Part shown: positions 39,945 through 47,602 of the stretch, piece by piece | Layout of the letters: the number at the start of each line of letters is the position of its first letter | Numbering within the stretch: the first letter of the stretch is position 1 | Assembly (NCBI GenBank): GCA_964520325.1 | Contig: CAZFOB010000005.1 | Location: 20,661 to 84,660, forward strand | Direction: 5' to 3' | Length of the DNA: 64,000 nt | DNA from: an uncultured Actinomycetes bacterium | GTDB lineage: Bacteria > Actinomycetota > JAICYB01 | Made by a program: the position numbers and the translations under genes | The notes under the pieces: model-generated | Told to the model about the DNA's origin: nothing | What the model saw: the letters and a program-made list of their open reading frames with translations, nothing else | Database searches by the model: none

Positions 39945-41612
39945 TCACACCCTCCCCTTGTCGAAATCGGCACGGATCCCCGTCCCGTAGCGCGGCAATG
40001 CACCGTTCTCGCCCGTGGCGTTCGGGCGCGAGAAGATCCAGTTCTGCCAGCAGGACAGCCGTCCGAAGATCTTCGTCTCGAGCGTCTCCGGTCCGGCGAA
40101 GCGGTGGTTGGACTCCATCGCCGTCAGCGCGTCGGGTGAGAAGCTCGCGCGTTCCTCGAGCGCGAGACGGACCTCGTCCTCGAAATCCAGACCGTCCGGT
40201 GTGAAGGTGACGAGACCGAGCTCGAGGCACTCCTGCGCTGACAGAGGTGCTCCGACGCGCTCGCGGATCTTGTCGACCATCGCCGGATCGCCGAGGAACC
40301 GCGTCTGCAGTCGCGTGAGGCCGTTGCCCATAGCCAGGAGCCCGAAGTTCATCTCCGTGAGCGTGAGAGATGAGCCATCGTCATCGAGCATGTAGCTGCG
40401 ATCGGCGGCGAGAGCGAGCTCGAGGAGCGTCCCCGCGAAGCAGCTACTGGGCTCGATCAGCGCGAACATGCTTCGCGACGTGACGTCGAGACGCTTGAGC
40501 GTCCGCTTCCACATCAGGACGATCTCACGCACGAGCCAGTCATCTCGTTGTTCGAGGAGGGCGTCGAGGAGCACGTCATCCACAGCCACGACCGCGGACG
40601 GATCGCCCTTCGTGCGCAGTGCAAACGTCCCGAGCTCCGTCTCGTTGAATCGCAGGTGGAGGATGAGGTCGTCGAGCTCCCGGGCGACGGCGAGTGGCCA
40701 GTAGTCGGACCCGGCGGCCGCGATCGCTTGGACGTCACGTGGCTGTTCGCCCGTCGGTCCGGCCACCGTGACCGTCACCACGCCGAGCGTCCGGTCGATC
40801 TCGGCCGTGACGTTGGGATAGCGGATCGACGCCTCATCGAGCTCGCGTCCGAGCGGCTTCAGGACGATGCCCATGCCTTCGAAGTCAACGACGATCGGAC
40901 GTGACGACGTCCTCGCCCGTTCCGATGCGCGTTCACGAACGGTCTCGTCCAATCGGCTGCGCGCGACGACTTCATCGACGAGACCCCATTCGAGAGCCTG
41001 CCGTCCCTTCACGCCTTCGGCGCGTGTCGCGAACACGTCCGCGATGTCGCGCCGGACCCCACGCTTGTCGACCAGTCGCGTCAGCCCGCCGGTGCCGGGA
41101 AGAACAGCCAGGAGCGGAAGCTCAGGCAGTGACACAGCCGAGCTTCCGTCGTCGACGAGGATGATGTGGTCGGCGGCCAGCGCGATCTCGTAGCCGCCGC
41201 CGGAGGCCGTGCCGTTGAGTGCGCACAGATAGATCTGTCCGGAGTGCTCGGTCGCATCCTCGATGGCCAGTCGCGTTTCGTTGGTGAACTTGCAGAAGTT
41301 CACCTTGTGCGCGTGGGTGGCCTGCGCGAGCATCCCGATGTTGGCTCCGGCGCAGAAGACCTTGCCTTTTCCACCTGGGCCGCCGGTGATCACGACCGCG
41401 CGCACCTCGGGGTGCTCGAAGCGAAGTCGCTGAACCGCGTCGTTGAGCTCGATGTCGACGCCGAGGTCGTAGGAGTTCAGCTTGAGGACGTACCCCGGCA
41501 AGAGCCCTGCGTCTTCCTGGACGTCGAGGGTGAGGATCGCCAGGGGCGGCTCGATCGCGATGCGCCAGTGCCGATAGCGATCCGGATGGGTGCCGAACGA
41601 GATAGCCGCCAT
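39945..41612 (-). CDS. boxC: 2,3-epoxybenzoyl-CoA dihydrolase BoxC (crotonase superfamily)
   Basis: 555 aa, the BoxC length. Crotonase core ..VFCAGANIGML.., ..ALNGTASGGGYEIALAADHIILVDD... Immediately upstream of boxB. Confidence 0.85.
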   Translation of the reverse strand: MAAISFGTHPDRYRHWRIAIEPPLAILTLDVQEDAGLLPGYVLKLNSYDLGVDIELNDAVQRLRFEHPEVRAVVITGGPGGKGKVFCAGANIGMLAQATHAHKVNFCKFTNETRLAIEDATEHSGQIYLCALNGTASGGGYEIALAADHIILVDDGSSAVSLPELPLLAVLPGTGGLTRLVDKRGVRRDIADVFATRAEGVKGRQALEWGLVDEVVARSRLDETVRERASERARTSSRPIVVDFEGMGIVLKPLGRELDEASIRYPNVTAEIDRTLGVVTVTVAGPTGEQPRDVQAIAAAGSDYWPLAVARELDDLILHLRFNETELGTFALRTKGDPSAVVAVDDVLLDALLEQRDDWLVREIVLMWKRTLKRLDVTSRSMFALIEPSSCFAGTLLELALAADRSYMLDDDGSSLTLTEMNFGLLAMGNGLTRLQTRFLGDPAMVDKIRERVGAPLSAQECLELGLVTFTPDGLDFEDEVRLALEERASFSPDALTAMESNHRFAGPETLETKIFGRLSCWQNWIFSRPNATGENGALPRYGTGIRADFDKGRV

Positions 41613-41680
41613 GACAGGGATAGTCTACATATCTCTGTCAATCCCTCACGGTTCTGTAGAGTTTCATCCCTGCGTATCCT
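41613..41680. promoter_or_regulatory. Divergent boxC/cupin control region with AGGGAT/ATCCCT hexamers spaced exactly 25 bp apart
   Basis: AGGGAT at 41616-21, ATCCCT at 41641-46 and ATCCCT at 41666-71. TCTACA (41624-29) and TGTAGA (41655-60) form a larger imperfect inverted repeat. GACAG (41613) and CTGTC (41635) also pair. Confidence 0.4.
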
Positions 41681-41702
41681 CGACCATCAAGCGGAGGGCG
41701 TC

Positions 41703-42098
41703 ATGACCGAGTCGTACTTCGGCAACACGGGTGAGCGGGCCGACGATGCGAAGGGAACCTTCGGATCCGTCACTCGCGGTCCCGCCATCGAGGTCTCACC
41801 CGGCGTGCGGATCCGCGCGATCCCTGGGAACAACCTGATGCTGAGCTACGTGACGATCGACGCGCACAGCTCAGCCGCCGTTCACACGCACAGCGAGGAA
41901 CAGATGGGGCTCGTGCTGTCCGGCTCGTGCGCGTTCTCACTCGACGGAGACGAGAAAGATCTCAAGGAGGGCGACACCTACCACGCGCCGCCCGGCGTGC
42001 CGCACGGAGTGCGAACCGGCGACGAGTCGTGCGTCATCCTCGACGTGTTCTCCCCGCCGCGTGCGGCACTGCTCTCCCTGATCGAGTCGGCGCAGTAG
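41703..42098 (+). CDS. Cupin-domain protein
   Basis: ..AAVHTHSEEQMGLVLSG..GDTYHAPPGVPHGV.. are the two cupin motifs. ATG 41703. Confidence 0.7.
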   Translation: MTESYFGNTGERADDAKGTFGSVTRGPAIEVSPGVRIRAIPGNNLMLSYVTIDAHSSAAVHTHSEEQMGLVLSGSCAFSLDGDEKDLKEGDTYHAPPGVPHGVRTGDESCVILDVFSPPRAALLSLIESAQ

Positions 42099-42103
42099 TC
42101 ACC

Positions 42104-43339
42104 GTGCACCCGCATCCGGCCGTTACGGCCAACGCCGCGAGCGTTGCGCCGTCCGGCATCCGGGAGATCTTCAACCTGGCCGTTGGACGTCCCGACGTCG
42201 TACACCTCGAGGTCGGCGAGCCCGACTTTGCGACTCCGGCACACATCGTCGACGCAGCTTTCGCATCCGCGCGAGCCGGCACCGGCTACACGCAGACCGC
42301 CGGCCTGCTCGAGCTCCGCGAGGTGATCGCCTCGCGCCTGGCGCGCGTTCACAGCCTCAGCTACGCAACCGACCAGATCCAGGTGACGCACGGCGGCGCT
42401 CAGGCAATCGCGACGATCGTCGCGGCCACGATCGGTGACGGCGACGAAGTCCTCATCCCCGATCCCGCATGGCCGAACTACGAGATGCTCGTTCGCGCGC
42501 ACGGTGGCACGCCGGTCTTCTACGGCTTGCGCGCAGCGAACGGATTCATTCCCGATCCGGACGAGGTGCGAGCGCTGATCACCGGACGCACGAAGCTCCT
42601 CGTGGTGAACAGCCCCAGCAACCCAACGGGCGCCGTGATCGGGGAAGAGGTCCTCGATCAGCTCGTCGCGCATGCACGGTCGGCAGGAGTGCTCGTGGTT
42701 TCCGACGAGGTCTACGACGAGATCTCGTTCGACCGCTCGCCCGCGCCGTCGGCGACGACGTGCGATCCCGAGTGGGTCGTCGGTGTGTGGAGCTGCTCGA
42801 AGACCTACGCGATGACGGGATGGCGTGTCGGCTATCTCGCGGCTCCTCGATCCCTCGCCCCGACTCTCGTCACGCTCCAGGAGCCGGCCATCACGTGCGT
42901 GACATCGGTGTCCCAGGCCGCCGCGATGGCCGCGATAACCGGACCTCAGCGCGTCGTCGGGCAGATGCGAGATGCGTATCGCCGGCGACGCGACCTGGTG
43001 CTGACACTCGCCGAACAGGCCGGGCTCGACCTCGTGAAGCCTCAAGGAGCGTTCTACGCCATGCTCCCGCTCGCTCCGGGCGCCGACTCCCGGCGAGCAG
43101 CCATCGATCTCGTGGAGTCCGGAGTGGCGCTGGCTCCGGGCAGCGCGTTCGGCGCAGTGGCCGCCGACCATCTGCGCATCTCGCTCGCCGCGAGCGAAGA
43201 AGCACTCGGTCTGGGGCTCGAGCGCTTGCTCGGCTGGCTCGAAGATACCGACGGAGGCGCGCATCTGAGCGGAGGCGACGCCGCCATCGGGCCGGATTAC
43301 GGTTCGGTCGCCGGCACCATCCGGAACCCCTCGGCCTGA
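42104..43339 (+). CDS. Class I/II PLP-dependent aminotransferase (aspartate/aromatic type)
   Basis: ..LEVGEPDF.., ..NSPSNPTGAV.., SCSKTYAMTGWRVGY (PLP lysine), ..PGSAFG... GTG 42104. Confidence 0.85.
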   Translation: MHPHPAVTANAASVAPSGIREIFNLAVGRPDVVHLEVGEPDFATPAHIVDAAFASARAGTGYTQTAGLLELREVIASRLARVHSLSYATDQIQVTHGGAQAIATIVAATIGDGDEVLIPDPAWPNYEMLVRAHGGTPVFYGLRAANGFIPDPDEVRALITGRTKLLVVNSPSNPTGAVIGEEVLDQLVAHARSAGVLVVSDEVYDEISFDRSPAPSATTCDPEWVVGVWSCSKTYAMTGWRVGYLAAPRSLAPTLVTLQEPAITCVTSVSQAAAMAAITGPQRVVGQMRDAYRRRRDLVLTLAEQAGLDLVKPQGAFYAMLPLAPGADSRRAAIDLVESGVALAPGSAFGAVAADHLRISLAASEEALGLGLERLLGWLEDTDGGAHLSGGDAAIGPDYGSVAGTIRNPSA

Positions 43340-43734
43340 GCCGCCCGCCACAGGCGGCCATCCCAGCACAGGAAACCGACCGGTTCTCGGACGCCCTCGG
43401 AGAACGCAAGCGCGGCGGCCAGATGCACGGCGTCGGCGCTGCGCAGATGGTGGCGTTGCGCGAGGCCGACGGCTCGATCAGCGATGACCTCGTCGATGGC
43501 AACGACGAACAGATCTTGCCATCGATCGCGGAACTCCTGGTCGGCTCGCTCTCGTTGCGTCTGCGTGAGTCGTCGGTCTTCGGCCATTCGCAAAAACGTC
43601 ACGCGGCATTCCACGGAACTGAGAACGCAGGTCGCAGTCACTCTCGCTTGGCCGAGCGCGTGGACGACGTCGACGCTGCCGGACTCCGCGACGAACGCCT
43701 TCACGAGAGCGCTCGCGTCGATGTAGTCGTTCAG
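43297..43734 (-). CDS. vapC: PIN-domain toxin (VapC); start codon uncertain
   Basis: ..SADAVHLAAAL..FLCWDGRL.. is PIN-like. The first conserved Asp (LNDYIDASALV) lies upstream of the first canonical start (GTG 43704) and is reachable only from CTG 43734, which overlaps the antitoxin stop (CTGA). Confidence 0.65.
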   Translation of the reverse strand: MNDYIDASALVKAFVAESGSVDVVHALGQARVTATCVLSSVECRVTFLRMAEDRRLTQTQRERADQEFRDRWQDLFVVAIDEVIADRAVGLAQRHHLRSADAVHLAAALAFSEGVREPVGFLCWDGRLWRAAQAEGFRMVPATEP

Positions 43735-44006
43735 TCTCTGTCCCGGCTGATCGAATCGGAAGCCAGAATGGACCCCGGTCGGGGTTCTTGAGGGTTACGC
43801 GGAGGTACGAACGTGCGTCCCGACCACGTCGCTCGCCCTTCTGCCAGGAGCTTGGCCAACCCCACTCCAACACCGGCGGAGATGATGCGAGCGACCGGCT
43901 CACCGCGATCGGTGATCTCGATGATCTCTCCGCTGCGGGCGCGACGGATGTAGTGACTCAGGGCGTTCTTCAGGTCACGTATCCCGACGGAGGCCATTGT
44001 GGCCAT
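43731..44006 (-). CDS. Phd/YefM-type antitoxin
   Basis: ..MASVGIRDLKNALSHYIRRARSGEIIEITDRGEPVARI.. is the typical Phd/YefM N-terminal domain. Confidence 0.75.
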   Translation of the reverse strand: MATMASVGIRDLKNALSHYIRRARSGEIIEITDRGEPVARIISAGVGVGLAKLLAEGRATWSGRTFVPPRNPQEPRPGSILASDSISRDRD

Positions 44007-44074
44007 CTTAGCACGGATGAGGCCACATGCCGTCCGGCCGCCTGTGGGCCGGAGCGGCGTTACGCTCGTCTGTC

Positions 44075-45997
44075 GTGATCACCATCAGCAATGTCCGGAA
44101 GTCCTTCGGCGCACGCGACCTGCTCAAGGACGCGTCCCTGCGCCTGGGTGTGCGCGACCGTGTTGCGCTGGTCGGCCCGAACGGCTCGGGCAAGACCACC
44201 CTGCTCGAGATGATCGTGGGCTCCCAGGCCGTCGACGAGGGCAGGGTCGAGCGCGCAGGCGACGTCGTGGTCGGGTATCTCCCTCAGGAGACCGACGCGC
44301 TTCGCGGTCGAAGCATCCTCACCGAGGTCATCTCGGCGGGGCCGGCCATGTCGCATGCCGGACACCGGCTTCACATCCTCGAGCAGGAGCTCGAGGAAGC
44401 CACCGATCCGGACGAACGCGAGGCGTTGCTGGCTGAGTTCACCCACCTCCAAGGGCGGTTCGACGAGCTCGGCGGGTACTCGCTCGAGGCGCAGGCACGA
44501 AAGATCCTCAGCGGACTCTCCTTCACCGACGAAGACCTCGCACGTCAAACCGATTCACTGTCGGGAGGCTGGCTGATGCGCGTCGCTCTGGCCAAGCTGC
44601 TGCTTGCGGCCCCCGACGCGTTGCTCCTCGACGAGCCGACGAACCATCTCGACCTCGAATCGATGAAGTGGCTCGAGCGGTTCCTCGTCAGCTACGACGG
44701 AACGATCCTGCTCGTCTCTCACGATCGCGACTTCATGAACGTGCTCGCCACACGCGTGGTCGAGATCCGGGACGCGAGTCTGTTGTCATACACAGGCGAC
44801 TACGAAGCGTTCGTCGAGCAGCGAGCGCAAGAGATGATGCAAGCCGAGGCGGCTGCCAAGAACCAGGCGAAACGGATCGCGCATACCGAGAAGTTCATCG
44901 AACGGTTCCGCTACAAGAGCTCGAAGGCACGACAGGTGCAGAGCCGGATCAAGGCGCTCGACAAGGTCGATCGGCTGCAGGCGCCGGTGAAGAGCCGGAA
45001 GGCGATGAAGTTCGGGTTCCCTCCCCCGCCGCGGTCGGGCCAGGTCGTCATCGAGCTCGACAAGGTCGGTTTTTTCTACGAACCCGACAAGCCCGTCTAC
45101 GGATCACTGGACATCTCCATCGAGAGAGGACGCAAGGTCGCGCTCGTCGGTCCAAACGGTGCCGGCAAGACGACGCTGCTCAAGCTCTTGGCCGGAGCCC
45201 TCTCGCCGACGTCCGGCGAACGCCGATTGGGCCACAACGTCTCGCTCGGATACTTCGCGCAGCACCAGATCGAAGCGCTCGATCCTGCCAACCGCGTGTA
45301 CGAAGAGGTCGAACGCTCGATGCCACCCGGCGTGACCATGCATCCGCGCGATCTGCTGGGCCGCTTCCTGTTCTCCGGTGACGACGTCAACAAGCCGGTG
45401 TCGGTGCTCTCAGGCGGCGAGCGCACCCGCTTGGCGCTGGCGAAACTCCTGATCCAGCCGGTGAACTTCCTCTGCCTAGACGAGCCCACCAACCACCTCG
45501 ACATCTCCAGCCGCGACGTCCTCGAGGATGCGCTGGTCGAGTACACGGGCTCACTCGTCCTCGTGACGCACGACCGTCACCTCATCCGAAGCGTCGCCGA
45601 CCACATCATCGAGGTGGAGTCGGGCGTGGTGCGCTGGTTCGTCGGCGACTACGAGCACTACCTCTACCGCAAGGCACAGGAACAAGAGGCGGCCCAGGCT
45701 CCGGCCCCCATGGTCGCCGCAAAGGCCGCCGCAAAGACCGCTGCGAAAGCAGGATCCCGGGTGGACAAGGCAGAGCTGCGACGCCGGCGCGCGGCCGTGC
45801 GAAAGGTCGAGGCGGAGATCACGGAGGTGAACGCCGAGCGCGACCGCCTTGCGGCGCTCCTCGCCGACACCAAGACGTATGCCTCAGGCGAGATGTCTCG
45901 CAACGCCTTGCGCGCCCACGATGCGGCTGAGCAGAATCTCGCCAAGCTCGAATCCGACTGGGAGAGATTGACCGAGAGTCTCGACTCAACCGCGTAG
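44075..45997 (+). CDS. ABC-F family ATPase (Uup/YheS/EttA-like), two NBDs plus C-terminal coiled coil
   Basis: GPNGSGKTT and GPNGAGKTT Walker A motifs, LSGGW and LSGGERTR signatures, no TM segments, and an Ala/Lys/Arg-rich coiled-coil tail. GTG 44075. Confidence 0.9.
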   Translation: MITISNVRKSFGARDLLKDASLRLGVRDRVALVGPNGSGKTTLLEMIVGSQAVDEGRVERAGDVVVGYLPQETDALRGRSILTEVISAGPAMSHAGHRLHILEQELEEATDPDEREALLAEFTHLQGRFDELGGYSLEAQARKILSGLSFTDEDLARQTDSLSGGWLMRVALAKLLLAAPDALLLDEPTNHLDLESMKWLERFLVSYDGTILLVSHDRDFMNVLATRVVEIRDASLLSYTGDYEAFVEQRAQEMMQAEAAAKNQAKRIAHTEKFIERFRYKSSKARQVQSRIKALDKVDRLQAPVKSRKAMKFGFPPPPRSGQVVIELDKVGFFYEPDKPVYGSLDISIERGRKVALVGPNGAGKTTLLKLLAGALSPTSGERRLGHNVSLGYFAQHQIEALDPANRVYEEVERSMPPGVTMHPRDLLGRFLFSGDDVNKPVSVLSGGERTRLALAKLLIQPVNFLCLDEPTNHLDISSRDVLEDALVEYTGSLVLVTHDRHLIRSVADHIIEVESGVVRWFVGDYEHYLYRKAQEQEAAQAPAPMVAAKAAAKTAAKAGSRVDKAELRRRRAAVRKVEAEITEVNAERDRLAALLADTKTYASGEMSRNALRAHDAAEQNLAKLESDWERLTESLDSTA

Positions 45998-46084
45998 TCG
46001 TGGGGTTGAAGTCTTGAGGTGAACTCAACGAGGATCGCTCACGACGCTGGTGCTCGTCTTGGCCAGCGCGGGAGAGGAGACGGC

Positions 46085-47485
46085 ATGGACCTGGCGCAGC
46101 TCCAAGGATGGCTCGACACCAATGCAGCAGCGCTCGAGGTGCCGGGCGTTGCGATGGGCGTGTACCACGACGGGCAGGAGCACTACGCCTTCCACGGCAT
46201 CACGAGCGTGGACAACCCGCTCCCAGTCGACGAGAACACGCTCTTCCTGTACGGCTCGACACAGAAGACGTACACCGCGACCGCGATCATGGTGCTCGTC
46301 GATCAAGGGCTCATCGATCTCGATGCACCAGTGCGGGCGTACATCCCCGAGCTCACGCTCAAGGACGAATCCGTTGCCGCAGCAGTGACGGTTCTCCAAC
46401 TTCTCAATCACACGGCCGGATGGCAGGGCGATGCCCGCGAAGGGTGCGGCGACGGTGACGATGCCATCGAGCGATTCGTCACGTCGATGGCAGAGATCGA
46501 GCAAGTAACGCCGCTTGGGTCGGCGTTCTCCTATAACAACGCGTCCTTGAACCTCGCGGGACGCGTGATCGAGAAGGTCACCGGCAAGACCTACGAGAAG
46601 GCGATGAAGGACCTGCTTCACCGTCCGCTCGGTCTCGAGGACACACTGTTCTTCCCCGTCGACGTCATGCTGCGTCGCTTCTCTGTCGGCCATCGGCAGG
46701 ATCCCGACGGGACGATGAAGGTGGCACGCCCGTATTCGCTCGGTCGCTGCAGCGCGCCCGCCGGCGGGTTCGGCGTTTCGTCCACGGCCCACGACCAGAT
46801 CGCGTGGGCACGATTCCACCTCGGTGACGGGACCGGCCCCGATGGCACTCATGTGCTCTCGAAGCAGCTCCTCGACCTGATGAAGCAGCCAACCTACGAG
46901 ATCGCCGGAAGCGCGCTGGGTGACGCCGTCGGGATCAGCTGGTTCCTCCGCGACGTGGACGGCGTCCTCGTCGTCGGACACGGCGGCGACGTGATCGGCC
47001 AGCACGCAGAGTTCGTCATGGTTCCCGAACGCGACTTCGCTGTCGCCGTGCTCACGAACAGCGACGGTGGCGGCTCGCAGCTCAAGGATCTGGCCGTGAA
47101 ATACGCGCTCGAGGCCTTCCTCGGCTTGATCGACAAGGACCCCGAACCGATCTCGCTCGGCGACGAGGCGCTTGCTCCCTACGTCGGAACGTACGAAACC
47201 GTCGCGGCGGTCGCTACGATCAGCGCGGTGGCAGGAGGCCTCGTCCTCAACGTCGAGATCAAGCCAGAGGCACGAGCGCAGCTGTTCGCCGAAGACGAAG
47301 AGGTTCCCGAGCAGCCACCGTTCCCCCTCGGGATGCTCGAAGGGGACGACGACCGCTACATCGTCTCCGATGGCCCGGCGAAAGGGATGCGCGGTTACTT
47401 CGTACGGGACGCCGACGGCAACATCGAGTCGGTGCACGTCGGGGGACGCCTCGCGACACGCGTGAAGGCGAACGTCGGAGCCTGA
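46085..47485 (+). CDS. Serine hydrolase, beta-lactamase/transpeptidase-like family
   Basis: SxxK = STQK (..LYGSTQKTYTA..), and ..LLNHTAG... Same family as the 21041-22522 product. ATG 46085. Confidence 0.85.
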   Translation: MDLAQLQGWLDTNAAALEVPGVAMGVYHDGQEHYAFHGITSVDNPLPVDENTLFLYGSTQKTYTATAIMVLVDQGLIDLDAPVRAYIPELTLKDESVAAAVTVLQLLNHTAGWQGDAREGCGDGDDAIERFVTSMAEIEQVTPLGSAFSYNNASLNLAGRVIEKVTGKTYEKAMKDLLHRPLGLEDTLFFPVDVMLRRFSVGHRQDPDGTMKVARPYSLGRCSAPAGGFGVSSTAHDQIAWARFHLGDGTGPDGTHVLSKQLLDLMKQPTYEIAGSALGDAVGISWFLRDVDGVLVVGHGGDVIGQHAEFVMVPERDFAVAVLTNSDGGGSQLKDLAVKYALEAFLGLIDKDPEPISLGDEALAPYVGTYETVAAVATISAVAGGLVLNVEIKPEARAQLFAEDEEVPEQPPFPLGMLEGDDDRYIVSDGPAKGMRGYFVRDADGNIESVHVGGRLATRVKANVGA

Positions 47486-47602
47486 CTAACTGCCGGCGTC
47501 GGCCTTGTCCTTCGCTTCCGTCCACTCGCGGATCATGACGTCGACCTTCTCCTTGTAGTCCTCGAAGGCCTGCTCGATCTCTTCTCGACTGAAGCGGCTC
47601 AC
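47486..47602 (-). CDS. Possible 38-aa charged helical small protein
   Basis: My translation is VSRFSREEIEQAFEDYKEKVDVMIREWTEAKDKADAGS*. The GTG overlaps the LivHMG stop (GTGA). By my count 33 of 38 third positions are G/C. No homolog is known to me. Confidence 0.4.
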   Translation of the reverse strand: MSRFSREEIEQAFEDYKEKVDVMIREWTEAKDKADAGS

